Positions 35,359-46,900 of a stretch of 64,000 bases of DNA are shown here, in pieces (position 1 is the first letter of the stretch; every line of letters begins with the position of its first letter). Location of the stretch: NCBI GenBank assembly GCA_964405665.1, contig CAYOOT010000002.1, forward strand, positions 24,751 through 88,750, in the 5' to 3' direction. The position numbers and the translations under genes are program-made. The notes beneath the pieces are model-generated. The model saw only the letters and a list, made by a program, of their open reading frames with translations, was not told where the DNA came from and ran no database searches. The stretch comes from an uncultured Bdellovibrionales bacterium. Lineage in GTDB: Bacteria; Bdellovibrionota_C; UBA2361; SZUA-149; CAZDWZ01.

Positions 35359-37284
35359 ATGAAAACCTTTCTTCTAAAAAATAAGTATTATCTTTTATTT
35401 TTCTTCTTTTGTTTTTCCTGGTTCCACTTTCAATATAATCATTTCGAAAACATCAATATCAAAATTACTCCAAAGAAAAATGTCGATCTTTCAAAAATCA
35501 AATTAAATTTACTTTGGGATTCTGGATACGATTATAATAGCTATGAAAAAAAGGAAATAATTTTTAAGGATCCACAAGAAAGCTTTGAAATCAAACTTCC
35601 TCCAATGAAAATAAATAAAGTTCGTCTTGAAAATTTTAGTAATAACATTTTTTTAAATCAAATTATTGAAAAATTTGAAGTTTCAACTTCTCAGGCTCAG
35701 CATTTAATAGATAAATTTGGACCAACAAATGAATTCCAGATTGTTGATCTGCCGCCATCAAAAAAATTTAGTTTATTTCTTTTAGTCTTTCAGTTTTTTT
35801 TGTCTTTAGGCACAACAATATTCATCATCAGTATAATGGATTTATTTAATCGGGCAGGTGGTGTAAAAAAATTTTTTAGTGGGCGTCATGAGAAAAATTT
35901 TTTATTAACTACACTTTTTCTTTTTTCAATCTATCTTTTGTGGGTACTGGCTAATTGGCCAGTAGCAATGACCAATGATTCTTGGAGCACATTGACTGAT
36001 GTGAAAAGCCTAAAATTTACCAATTGGCATCCATATTTTTATGCCTTTTTTATCCTTGCACTGTTAAATTTTTTCGATGGTCTGCAATTAATTGCAATAA
36101 TTCAAGCATTTTCTTCTTCCTTGATTTTAGCTTATGGTATCTATTATTGCTCTACCCAAGGAATCAAATGGAGATATCTGCTGCCATTTATTCTTTTTGC
36201 AGGGTTTTCTATTCCGTTAGGATCATACAATACTATTTTTTGGAAAGATGTCCCTTTTTCCTTAGCAATTCTCCTCTTTTCTATTTTACTTTTTAAGTAC
36301 GCAATTTATAAAGTAAAAAATAAAGAGAAAATAAATTTATGTTTTTTCGAAAAAATAATCTTAGTAGCTTGTTCTCTTGGTATTATATTTTTTAGGCATA
36401 ATGGAATAATTTATCTTGCAATAATTCCACTTGTCTATTTTCTCTTTTTAAATAAAAACTCTAGAAAAAGTGTCCTACTATCTTTTTTCTTTTTCTTCTT
36501 TTTATTCAAAGCAGTTCTTCCTGAATACTTAGATATTAGCAAACCACCAGGTGCTCCTTATCAACAAATGCGCTTAACGCTAGCAATCATGACTCATCCT
36601 GCCTTTTATTCTCCCACTCGAGAAGATGATATAAAAATTATTGAGGATGCAACAAAACATAAATGGGAAACTATTAAAAGTAATTATCCCGAACATTGGT
36701 TTTGGCTGTGGGATAATTCTGAAGTAGGAAAAAACCAATGGAACAGTAAGGGTGGTCAAACAGAAAATTACAATTCCAACTTCTTGATTAAATTAATTTA
36801 CAATAATTTCCCAATCTATCTGGCGGAACAAACTTTTGGATTTTTTCATTCCATTGGCATCGACTATAATAAGTCTGATAAAAACAATAATTATTTTGAA
36901 AATCCATTGCAAATCTTCGGATCTAATCTTGCCCCGCCCGGAAAAGAGTTTTGGGGTTTAGTTGTGCATAAAAGATTGCCCTTTCCTAAGTTAACACTCT
37001 TTTTAGATAAGATCTTCTCCTGGAGCATGAATTATCAGGGAATGATCTGTCCATTATTTTTTACCTGGGGATTACTTTGGATTTTTGTATTATTATTTAT
37101 TGTTTTAATTGCAGAAACTCCATTGAGTGCAGTGGCGCTTTATGTTCTCTTTCAAATGATTAGCGCAACTTTTGTTTTTTTCATTGGAGCGGGAGAAAGC
37201 TGGAGATATTTTTATAATATTTATTTATCAATTTTCTTACTATTACCCTTTTGGGTTATTTCCAAGAAAGCAAAGATTAAATAG
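35359..37284 (+). CDS. Polytopic membrane protein (GT-C-like; DUF6020-like)
   Basis: WP..MTNDS, NWHP, WKDVPFS, RHNG motifs; many TM segments. Confidence 0.55.
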   Translation: MKTFLLKNKYYLLFFFFCFSWFHFQYNHFENINIKITPKKNVDLSKIKLNLLWDSGYDYNSYEKKEIIFKDPQESFEIKLPPMKINKVRLENFSNNIFLNQIIEKFEVSTSQAQHLIDKFGPTNEFQIVDLPPSKKFSLFLLVFQFFLSLGTTIFIISIMDLFNRAGGVKKFFSGRHEKNFLLTTLFLFSIYLLWVLANWPVAMTNDSWSTLTDVKSLKFTNWHPYFYAFFILALLNFFDGLQLIAIIQAFSSSLILAYGIYYCSTQGIKWRYLLPFILFAGFSIPLGSYNTIFWKDVPFSLAILLFSILLFKYAIYKVKNKEKINLCFFEKIILVACSLGIIFFRHNGIIYLAIIPLVYFLFLNKNSRKSVLLSFFFFFFLFKAVLPEYLDISKPPGAPYQQMRLTLAIMTHPAFYSPTREDDIKIIEDATKHKWETIKSNYPEHWFWLWDNSEVGKNQWNSKGGQTENYNSNFLIKLIYNNFPIYLAEQTFGFFHSIGIDYNKSDKNNNYFENPLQIFGSNLAPPGKEFWGLVVHKRLPFPKLTLFLDKIFSWSMNYQGMICPLFFTWGLLWIFVLLFIVLIAETPLSAVALYVLFQMISATFVFFIGAGESWRYFYNIYLSIFLLLPFWVISKKAKIK

Positions 37285-37291
37285 AGGATTA

Positions 37292-38500
37292 ATGAAAAAG
37301 AATTTAGAAATAGAAAGGCTTAGAGCAATTGCAGTTCTAATGACATTTGTCACACATTGTAGTTTCGCTCAAGGAATCTGTCCCAATTATTTTAAAGTTC
37401 CAATGACCGGAGTTGATCTCTTTTTTGTTATATCAGGATTTGTTGTAACTGGTTCTTTAATGAGAACATTTCCTGAATTCTCTCCCACACAATCTATTTC
37501 TGAAAGAATGAGCCTAAGTGCTAATGTAATTAAGTGCTTTTTTATTAGAAGAATTTTTAGGATTTTACCAGCTGCCTACTTTTGGTTGCTTTTTTATGTA
37601 GTTCTTGCAGTGATCTTTGGAAAAGAGTCTGCTTACTTAGTTGGAACACCTTCACAAATTTTTAAAGAAATAGCTTATTTTTCAAGTGGTTTTTACAATT
37701 ATCTTGGTTACAAAGGAGACTTAGCAATTCATTATCTTGGGCATTTCTGGAGCCTTGCTGTTGAAGAACATTTTTATATTTTATTACCTTTCTTTTTTGT
37801 TTTAGCAGCAACAAGATTTTCTAGAATTCTTAGCTCAATAGCTGTAATCATATTAGTCGCCGGTATTTTAAGGCCTTTTATCACACCAGACTTACTTGAT
37901 CCACACTCTTTTAATTACTTCACCTCTCATCGACGTTTTGACACTTTGGCATTAGGAGTAATGCTTGCATTGATCAGAAGCTCAAATATAAAATTACCTA
38001 AAATTGAGAACATTAAAGTTCCAATATTCGTTCGGCTGATGCTTTATCATATCCTCCCTTTTTTCTTCCTGATGCTTCTCTGGTCTGGCCCCAGTGTTTT
38101 GCCTCCGCCATTTAATTCTAATTTTGGACTAACCATTTATGGACTATATGCTTCAGGTTTAGTTTTATTGGCATCATTTGAAAAAAATTATATTTTTAAT
38201 TACAAATATCTAAATAGAATTTTAGAGTTTATTGGCGAAAGATCTTATACTGTCTATTTGTCACAAATAGGATTTGTCTGCCTGGATATTTTATGGACAA
38301 ATTGGCTTAAATTAAATTACCCTTCAACTTTCAATTATCTGATGCTAACAAAGCCTGGTATTATTTTACATTGCATATTGTTATTAACAGTAATCATTAC
38401 TGTTAGCGATATTATGTATCGATTGATTGAAAAACCAATGATTAAATTCGCAAAAGAAAGATATAACTTAAAAGCTGAAAATCCAAAAAGCGATGAATAA
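37292..38500 (+). CDS. Acyltransferase family 3 (OafA-like O-acyltransferase)
   Basis: IERLRAIAVL..FVTH, GVDLFFVISGF, RRIFRILP, HFWSLAVEEHFY, IEKP; ATG 37292 preceded by AGAGG. Confidence 0.9.
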   Translation: MKKNLEIERLRAIAVLMTFVTHCSFAQGICPNYFKVPMTGVDLFFVISGFVVTGSLMRTFPEFSPTQSISERMSLSANVIKCFFIRRIFRILPAAYFWLLFYVVLAVIFGKESAYLVGTPSQIFKEIAYFSSGFYNYLGYKGDLAIHYLGHFWSLAVEEHFYILLPFFFVLAATRFSRILSSIAVIILVAGILRPFITPDLLDPHSFNYFTSHRRFDTLALGVMLALIRSSNIKLPKIENIKVPIFVRLMLYHILPFFFLMLLWSGPSVLPPPFNSNFGLTIYGLYASGLVLLASFEKNYIFNYKYLNRILEFIGERSYTVYLSQIGFVCLDILWTNWLKLNYPSTFNYLMLTKPGIILHCILLLTVIITVSDIMYRLIEKPMIKFAKERYNLKAENPKSDE

Positions 38501-38508
38501 AGTTGCAA

Positions 38509-39207
38509 TTAAGCAACTTTTTCTAAAACATAAATGAATTCTTGGCTCTCTGCCCCTCTTTGGGCAATAATTCTTAAAGAAAGATCATGATATTTGTTCA
38601 AAGTATTTTTTAAAAACAGATTGAATGATTCATAATCCCAAACATGAAAATGAATACTGTAATTAATTTCTTGCAAATGTTTGGCAAATTCTTCTGCTTC
38701 TGAGATTGGTTTTACATTAAATGTTTTACAACTTACTTCTAAAGAGAATTCTTTAAAATGCTCAAAATCTCTTTCTTTACTGGGATTAGAAAAATCTTTC
38801 TCTAAGTGTTCAATTGTAGTCAAACTCCTATTGGAGTCAAAAGATGTATGTTTGTCTGGAACTGCAAGAAATAATTTACCACCTTTATTTAAAACCCGGC
38901 TCCAAGAATGCAAAGCTCCAATCGGATCCCTCATATGCTCAATTACATGATTGGCGATAACAAAATCCTTAGATTGAGAACTTATTGTTTTTAAAGTTTC
39001 TGCATTATCAATAATATCAGGAGTAACCAGTGGCAATTCTTTTAATTCAGGGTAATGCTCTAATAATTCTTCTTTTGTTAAACAATCTACATATTGGACA
39101 TCCAAATGTGGAACTGGACATGGTCGATGCAAAGCACCAATTTCAATCCCCCGACCTTGCAAAAGCATTAAAAATTGATCTCTTCCGGATATATCAACTG
39201 ATTCCAT
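38509..39207 (-). CDS. Class I SAM-dependent methyltransferase
   Basis: GIEIGAL, DFVIANHVIEHM.DP, RVLNKGG.L...VPD. Confidence 0.82.
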   Translation of the reverse strand: MESVDISGRDQFLMLLQGRGIEIGALHRPCPVPHLDVQYVDCLTKEELLEHYPELKELPLVTPDIIDNAETLKTISSQSKDFVIANHVIEHMRDPIGALHSWSRVLNKGGKLFLAVPDKHTSFDSNRSLTTIEHLEKDFSNPSKERDFEHFKEFSLEVSCKTFNVKPISEAEEFAKHLQEINYSIHFHVWDYESFNLFLKNTLNKYHDLSLRIIAQRGAESQEFIYVLEKVA

Positions 39208-39279
39208 AATCCTCGTTTAAATTCTATAAATTCTTACTATAACAAATAGCGCAACTCAAATATAAAGTATAATTCATTT

Positions 39280-40755
39280 CTATAAAAGATTTGCCCAGGT
39301 CAGTGTTGGATTTGCCTGATTTTCAGAATACTTTTTTTCTAAAACCAGGGCAACTTGCGTAAAAATATCTTTAGGACCAAAATAGTATCTAATAATTTCA
39401 AAGCCACTTCCTGCTACTAGACTCTTGGCATGTTCAAAAGATTGAAGTCTTGTTAATTCATCCGGATGAACTTTAACATTTTTCTTAGAAGTAAAAGTAT
39501 TTAGAAATTTTCCTAATGCTTTAAAGAAAATTACGCTTAGGCCAAATTCCGGCGGCCAAAACAATACTGCTTTCCCACCATCTTTAAGAACACGATTAAA
39601 TTCTTTAAGGATTAGCGTTATCTCCTCTGCAGTAAAATGCTCCATCACTCCCAGATTATAGACTCCATCTATGGAGGAATCTGCTAAGGGTATTTCAAAA
39701 ATACTTCCATGCAATAATTTACACTTATTTTTGTTTACTCGATCATAAAGGGATAGGGCATTAACGGAGATATCCAAAGCAGTTAAAGAATATTCTTCTC
39801 TAATATCTCTATCTACCTGTCCGCTCCCACAGCCTGCATGAAGAATGGAAGAGCCTTTTTTGAAATATTGTCGAGCAAAAACATTAAGCGCAGGCTTAAG
39901 AATCAATTTACGATAAATAGCTGCAACGATATCATAAAGTGATCTTTCTTTTTGTGCTGCCCAGTAATCTTCCCAACCTTGGGTATCAATTTTCGTTGAA
40001 TCCACAATATCGTTCAAAGGCTCGGGAACAACAAAGCGTTCAGGCTCAATTTTCAATGTGACATACGTTTGAAACAAAAGACCAAGGCTTTTTAGGATTT
40101 GCTGAAAATCCATTTTCGAACTGCCATAAGTTCTAGGGCTAAGAATGATGGGGATTTCTTTGATACTGAAATTATTTCTGTTAAGAATAAAAAGACTTTC
40201 AAAGAAGAATGAATATCCTTTTGATTTAATTATTTTAAAAGTTTCTTTAGGTATTTCATTAAGTTTATACAATCTCAATGATCCAGTAGAGTCATGGGGT
40301 AGTCCAAGAAAAAATTTAGTGGCAATATGTCCAAGATGGGTAAGAGTTTTTCTTAAAAAATTCCATTCGGGAAGGCTTTTGGAATTCAGAAATCTAGAGG
40401 CAACAACAATCGAGCAACCCCCGGCTGCATTCAAAAGTTCTTTAATATAATACGGTGGATGAGTAAAATCACAATCCATAGTAATTAGAGTTTCATAACC
40501 TTGATCATAGGCCCAATTTATTCCAGAAAGATGCGCCGAACCAATTCCTTCTTTTCCCTTTCGATGGATAATATTTACTTTGGAATCATTAGAGGCAATT
40601 TCATCAAGTATCTTTCCTGTTCCATCAGGAGAATTGTCATCCAGAAACAGTAAGTCGATATTTAAGTTTAAATCTTTGATCTGCTGATAAAGTAGCCGAA
40701 CATTCTCCGCTTCGTTGTATGTGGGAATAAATACAAGGATATCAGAATTTTTCAT
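39280..40755 (-). CDS. Polyprenol-monophosphomannose-synthase-like GT2 fused to a class I methyltransferase
   Basis: N-terminal IPTYNEAEN, DDNSPDGTG, MDCDFTHPP, SKGYSF; C-terminal LHAGCGSG, DGVYNLGVMEH, RVLKDGG. Confidence 0.85.
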   Translation of the reverse strand: MKNSDILVFIPTYNEAENVRLLYQQIKDLNLNIDLLFLDDNSPDGTGKILDEIASNDSKVNIIHRKGKEGIGSAHLSGINWAYDQGYETLITMDCDFTHPPYYIKELLNAAGGCSIVVASRFLNSKSLPEWNFLRKTLTHLGHIATKFFLGLPHDSTGSLRLYKLNEIPKETFKIIKSKGYSFFFESLFILNRNNFSIKEIPIILSPRTYGSSKMDFQQILKSLGLLFQTYVTLKIEPERFVVPEPLNDIVDSTKIDTQGWEDYWAAQKERSLYDIVAAIYRKLILKPALNVFARQYFKKGSSILHAGCGSGQVDRDIREEYSLTALDISVNALSLYDRVNKNKCKLLHGSIFEIPLADSSIDGVYNLGVMEHFTAEEITLILKEFNRVLKDGGKAVLFWPPEFGLSVIFFKALGKFLNTFTSKKNVKVHPDELTRLQSFEHAKSLVAGSGFEIIRYYFGPKDIFTQVALVLEKKYSENQANPTLTWANLL

Positions 40756-42014
40756 GAGCCCCTGATAATATCAACTTTTGGCAGCGGGAAAATAAATGCG
40801 GAACCGGCTTCCAATGTTTTCTTTTCTCTTTCCAAAAATTCTTCTTTAAAGTGCCAAGGAAGAACCAGGTAATAATCGGGTTTTAATTTTCGGGATTCTT
40901 CTTCACTAATAATCGGAATGTCGGTTCCCAGAGTAAATGCGCCGTATTTATCAGGGTTTCTTTCGGCAGCGAAATCAATAATTCGATTATCTATGCCACA
41001 CCACTGTAAAATTGTATTGCCTTTTGTTGAGGCTCCATAAATATGAATAGATTTGCCCTCTTTCTTTAGGTTTTTTAAAACAGTGATCAATTCATGTTTA
41101 TGGACATTGATTCGATCTTGAAAATTCCGATAAGGCTCATCCGTATCCAAGGCTAAATCAAATTCCTCTTGCCGGAAATCTCTTAATCTTTCGTAGGAAT
41201 CTTCATTCTTATATTTAAAATTATCGACATGAGTGGCATAAAATCTTAAACTTCCGCCGTTGATGTTGTTTAATTCCACATCAACAACTTTCATGTCCGC
41301 TCTTTTTAAAATATTTTCGATAACAGCCAAGCTATAATATTCTAAATGTTCATGACAAATTGTGTCATAAGAATTCATATTTAACATTAAGGGCATGTAA
41401 GACATTTCAGAAATCCAAATGCCGTCTTCGGAAAGTACTTTTTTAATTTCTTTGGAAAAAGAAACAGGATCTTCTAAATCATAAAACATCGCAATCGATG
41501 TAATCACATCAAACTTTTCATTTTTAATCACTTTATTTAATTCTTTGGAAGGAAAAACATCTTGGATTACTGTAACTCCCTTGCCAATTTCCTGGGCCAC
41601 GTCCGATGGATCAACACCATATTTTACAAAACTTGCCGGATAATTAGAAAGCAAAGTTCCATCATTACAGCCGATATCAAGAACCGTTGCAGAATTCTTT
41701 TTAATAAAATCCATTGCTTTTTCAGCAATATCCTTTAAATGGTTTCTCATCGTGGCATTCGTTCCGGAACGATACCAATAAGAAGAATAAAGAATTTGGG
41801 GCGGAACTGTATGCTCCATTTGCAACAATCCACAAGCATTCTCATCCAACATCGGATTACATCTAACTAAAGTAGTGCCAATTTTTCTCAACGGTGGATT
41901 TTTCTCATCAGGCTTAACAAAAGAACCTTGTAAATTTTGTTCACCTAAGTCTATTACCCTGGTCAAAGCAGTTGAACCACAGACTCTACATGTTCTTCGA
42001 TGTGTTAGATGCAT
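40752..42014 (-). CDS. NDP-hexose C-methyltransferase-like protein (Zn-binding N-terminus)
   Basis: CRVC...C, YWYRSG, LDIGCNDG, CHEHLEYY, HIYGASTKGNT, LPWHF. Confidence 0.88.
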   Translation of the reverse strand: MHLTHRRTCRVCGSTALTRVIDLGEQNLQGSFVKPDEKNPPLRKIGTTLVRCNPMLDENACGLLQMEHTVPPQILYSSYWYRSGTNATMRNHLKDIAEKAMDFIKKNSATVLDIGCNDGTLLSNYPASFVKYGVDPSDVAQEIGKGVTVIQDVFPSKELNKVIKNEKFDVITSIAMFYDLEDPVSFSKEIKKVLSEDGIWISEMSYMPLMLNMNSYDTICHEHLEYYSLAVIENILKRADMKVVDVELNNINGGSLRFYATHVDNFKYKNEDSYERLRDFRQEEFDLALDTDEPYRNFQDRINVHKHELITVLKNLKKEGKSIHIYGASTKGNTILQWCGIDNRIIDFAAERNPDKYGAFTLGTDIPIISEEESRKLKPDYYLVLPWHFKEEFLEREKKTLEAGSAFIFPLPKVDIIRGS

Positions 42015-42164
42015 ATAAATTCTTTGTTTTGATCGATATTAAAAAATATTAATAGTATCAAACACTTAATATTTAATCAAGCAGCTGAACCAAGTAGTAT
42101 TTTAAAGAAAAATCTTCTGTTTTCCAAGATTTATACTAAATTTTCCTAATCAGAAAAATTTAGC

Positions 42165-43889
42165 TTAAAGGATCCATGGAGCAGGACGACTCCAATGTAG
42201 CAAATAATAAACCACAGGAAATCCAAAAACATCCACGTTCGAAATAAAAACCTGTATCCCTATTAGAAAACAAACTAATGAGATTGCCATTTTTCGATTA
42301 CGCAATGACCACTCTGTATCCAGAAATTTTGCCAAGGCTAGACCGGCAAGCAGATAAATTGCCGGGAAAGCAGAAGCTAGTATTCTTGGGGAATTCTGGT
42401 AGTGAAAAGGAAACGGTCCATCAAATTGGAAAAAAATTTGTGTAAGCAGTGAAGGAAGAAGTAATAAAGCAAAACAAAACCGCTGAGCTAAAGTTAGTTG
42501 AACAAAGAAAATTGTTATTAATGCAAGAAATAGAGAAATTTGAAAACTACTAAATAAATTTCTAGGATAAGATCCACTGAAATCAACTAACACTTGATAT
42601 AGTTGAGATAAATGTAATTTTGTAAATACCTCAATAATAGTTCCTAATGAAGCATAAATTACTTGAGCATTATCCAAAACTTTAGCTGTCCCAAATTGAT
42701 TCATTATTTTTAGAAAGACATACGGACAGAGACCGGCAATTACGACAGAAAGAATTGTCTTTTTCCAAGGCATCTTTTGAAGATATGCCAGAATCAAAAA
42801 TACTAAAATCCAAGGCTGAAACTCAAAAGTTAACAGTGCAAGGCCCATCACTCCACCAAATAATAGACTGTTGGCATAAGAAAAACTCTTTCTGGTAAAT
42901 AATTCATAGAAAAGTAAAACAAGCAGTGTCGTCGTAAAATATACAAAAACATAAGACATTGATTGTGCTGCATATTGGATAAATACAGGAGAAAAAGTGG
43001 CAAAAAGCGCAGTGAAGAGTGCAGCTCGATAACCAAAATTTTTCAAAGCCAGCTGGGACAGGACATAAACTGCAGTAGCCCATGCAAAAATATTGATAAA
43101 AAGCCAGACATGGAAATCATTAAAAAAATAAGAAAATTGCGAGGAAAGATACATCGGAAATGCGCGCGGAAGAAGAGTATTCTCTAAGGGACCTGAATTG
43201 TTTAAAAATACTTCCTCAGTATAACGAAATACAAAATAGTCGCCATTGACAGCTCCTTTTCCATCAGGAAAAAGATAATAATGATACCAACTGTCCTCCT
43301 TTCCTTCTCCATAAAAAAATGGACGATAGGTATTTGGTGAACGCAGCGAAAGGTGTAACCACGTTTGAAAAATAATCGCACAAACAATTAAAATTATATA
43401 ACTGCTATTTTTTAGTGAAAGCGGTGTTTGACGAAGATATTTTTGGTAAACAGCAAACAATACCCCCATCGCCGCAAAAATAAGAAAGAAAACTAAGTGC
43501 TCATGAGGAATTACGGCACCCTTTTTCAAGGCATCAGGAAACCAATTAAGTTCAGGCTTAATATTGATATGATTCCAATAAATCATCGTCGGTTTATTAA
43601 CGTAGTAATTGAAACGCTCCAGACCCAAAAGATGAATAGGTAGAGTTTGGATAATGAAACTAACAAAAGTAATTCCTTTGACCAGGCGTTTTGACACTCC
43701 TAAAAAAAGCAGCAAATAATATAGCGTTGGAAGAAACCAGCAAAAGAAATAAGCAGAAGCAAAAAAACTACGAAAAGAATATTTTATAACTTCCGTTTCC
43801 CAGTGATAACGACCAGCAAGCAGTAATAATCCTGACAACAAAATCAGTATCCAGGTAATTAGAGATTTTTTTTGATCTTGATAGGGCAT
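42165..43889 (-). CDS. Polytopic membrane protein (GT-C-like candidate)
   Basis: 574 aa, more than 10 hydrophobic segments; located in glycan locus. Confidence 0.55.
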   Translation of the reverse strand: MPYQDQKKSLITWILILLSGLLLLAGRYHWETEVIKYSFRSFFASAYFFCWFLPTLYYLLLFLGVSKRLVKGITFVSFIIQTLPIHLLGLERFNYYVNKPTMIYWNHINIKPELNWFPDALKKGAVIPHEHLVFFLIFAAMGVLFAVYQKYLRQTPLSLKNSSYIILIVCAIIFQTWLHLSLRSPNTYRPFFYGEGKEDSWYHYYLFPDGKGAVNGDYFVFRYTEEVFLNNSGPLENTLLPRAFPMYLSSQFSYFFNDFHVWLFINIFAWATAVYVLSQLALKNFGYRAALFTALFATFSPVFIQYAAQSMSYVFVYFTTTLLVLLFYELFTRKSFSYANSLLFGGVMGLALLTFEFQPWILVFLILAYLQKMPWKKTILSVVIAGLCPYVFLKIMNQFGTAKVLDNAQVIYASLGTIIEVFTKLHLSQLYQVLVDFSGSYPRNLFSSFQISLFLALITIFFVQLTLAQRFCFALLLLPSLLTQIFFQFDGPFPFHYQNSPRILASAFPAIYLLAGLALAKFLDTEWSLRNRKMAISLVCFLIGIQVFISNVDVFGFPVVYYLLHWSRPAPWIL

Positions 43890-43915
43890 AGTTTGTAGCT
43901 AAGATTTTTATATAC

Positions 43916-46900
43916 TCAAAGATTACAGATCTTTTTGAAAAAATACTTCTCGTGATAAAATTCTCCTGAATTTTCCGGTTCTAGTTTAGATCCACGAAAT
44001 TCTTGAGCCAAAGATTTAGTCCCGGTTTTATCCTTCACTAGTTCTGCTGCTATTTTTAAAAAATATTCGATTACCTCTTCTGCCTCAATATTCCAACGAT
44101 GCATCCAGGTCCAATCGCGATTTTCTAATCTTTCTGTTAAAGCACCAAGAGCAGAACATAAAATAGGGCGCCCGGACTCTATCGCTTCGGACAAAGTAAA
44201 ACTAAAGGTCTCCGGACAGCGAGCAGGAAACCAAATTAAATGCGGATTGTTTTGTTCAATTAATTTTTTCAAGTCTTCGTCGCAGAACTCGCCGGTGATG
44301 TTAAGTAACTGTGAGGCTTGATCGGCTTGATCTTTATTGAAATATCCAATCAGATTAAGTTCAATATTCTGATTGCGCTCCTTAATCATTTTTGCGGTTT
44401 CCAAAACCAAATTTGAACCCTTATGCGGCCAAAGAGCGGCAATGATCGCTACTCTTAAAGGATCATTTTTCCCTAATTTGGGAATTTTAAAAGCGATATT
44501 GGTATTTTTTGGAACAAGATGTGGGACCACAAAATATTTAACATCAGGAATATATTTTTGCATTCTCAAACGAACATCATTGCTTGGACAAATCACATGT
44601 TCTGCCTTTAGAACTAATTCCCGATTTTTTTCTCTCCAAGAAGTAATATCAACAGCTCCCCAAGTAGGTCTTTTGGCAATGCACAGATTGCAGGCAGCAG
44701 CGGCAGGTTCTTCGCAGTAATCACCTTTTTCATTGGTCAGAGTTATTTGCGGGCAAATTGTAAAATAATCATGGATAGTAAAATCAAAGGATACATCCAA
44801 GCGCTTGGCCAAATTCACAATATTAAAAGGAATGCCAATCGTGTGGTGCACATGTATTTTTGAAATTCCGAAGGTTTTTAAAAATTCAAAAGCAAAATTT
44901 TCTGAATTATTACTATTAACAATAAATTGAATCTTTTTTTCTTGATTTTCAAACTCTAAAACAAAATCACCGCTGTCTTTAGGCATTAAAGCCGGACGAA
45001 GAACCAAAAAAGCAGCCTTATCTTGCAACATTGTTCGAAGCTGTTGAATATGTTTCTCAGTTCCGCCACCAAGGGCATGGGTGATAATCAGAACAACCGG
45101 CTTTTTTTGCTGCCGATAGCGTGCCGCTGTCGCCGCCAGGCGAAAAGCAAATGCTGGATCTCTTTCCAGGTGCCTGATAATTAAAGAATCATAGTCGGGA
45201 TAAAGTTCTCTTAAAATTTTAGTTGCCGCCAGCTTCGATGGAGAACTCTCTTTTGCAAAACTGACTTCTCCTTTATGATAAACAAAAGTATCTGCCGCTA
45301 GAAGATGTTTCCAACCCATTTTGGAGGCACGTAAGCAAAAATCATTTTCTTCACCATAACCGCGACCAAAAGTTTCCTGATCAAAAAGCCCAAGTTGTTT
45401 TAAACAAGCCCTGCTGATAAACATACAGAATCCTACCGCTGTAGGAATTTCCACTGAACGGCCAAGATTTGCTTGATAGAAAGCTTGATTGTAAGAAGCT
45501 AAGGATTCTCCTTCGGGAAATTCTTGAAAACCATCGATATCAGGATAATTGCAAATTGTAGCATTATTAGAAAATGGAGTAATTGTTCCAATATTTTCCT
45601 TTCGAGCAGCATGAGCGATAAGACGATCAATCCAGAAATCAGAGACTAAAGTGTCGCTATTTAATAAAATTACATCCGAGGCGGGATATAAAGACATTCC
45701 TTTATTTACAGTGCCAACAAAACCTAAATTAGTTTTATTTGTATGCACTTCGACTCGGGAATCCCCTGTCAGAGAAGAAAGATAAGAAAACATTTCTTCT
45801 TCCGGGCTACAATCATTAATCAATAATAATTTATAAGCTGTTTTTGATTTTGAGTTGAGAACGCTTTCCACACAAGCTTTGGTGGTAGACACATCACGAT
45901 AGATCGGAATAACAATAGAAACATTTTTATTTGTTTCAGTTAAAGGTACTTCTTTGTTTTTAGAAGGCAATAAATCTTGCCAAAGTTCTTTATTTTCTGG
46001 AATTTTAAAGCTGGAGATTGCAGAAATTTTTCTTCCTTCTTTAATTCCATAGGTAAGATAATGAGCCAGAGGTTCCATTCCGGAAGATTTAACATCGGGA
46101 TATTTTTCAGAATAAAATTTTGGTTCAAAAAGATTACTGGGCAAACGTCCTTCTTTGTAACCATATGTAATATAATGAACCAAAGGATTGAGCTGCGCAG
46201 CAGCAATGTCTTGGTATTGATTCAAATAACCAGCAGTATCAAAATAAGGATTGGGATTTAATTTCAAGGTTGTTCCATTGAGCCAGAAATTAATTAAAGG
46301 ATTTTCATTTTCTCCCAAAAGTGAAGAATATTTTGTCCGGTAATATCCGATCTCAAACAAGGGCATCGGGTTTCTACTCTCTTTCCAACCAAATTTTATA
46401 AAATGAATTAAAGGATTCATTTTACTGGCAAGAACATCAGCGTTTTGTTCTAGATAATATTTTTCATCAAATAAAGGATGTGCCGATCTTAAAGTATTTT
46501 TTTCCTGAAAAAGATAATCGATTAAAGGATTAATTTTTGCCTTTCTTAACTCATCTTTTTGAGACAAATAATAACTACTTAAAAATAACGGATGGGGATC
46601 AAAACTTTCTTCTGCTCCGAAAAGAAGATAATGCCTTAGAGGGTTTAATCCGCTTTGTGTCAAATTTGTATTTACCGAAGAATAATGAATCAGAGAAAAA
46701 AGAGGATGAGGATCTTTATTTTCGAATACTCCTTTTTTAATAAAATGAATTAAGGGATTGATTCCGATATTTTTGACATCAGGATTACTTTGCAAATAAT
46801 AATCAGAATCAAAAAGGGGGTTGGGAAAATATCCTTTAAAAGCACCATAGCGAACATAGTGTTCTATTGGATTCTGAATGCTAGATAAATCATTGGCGTA

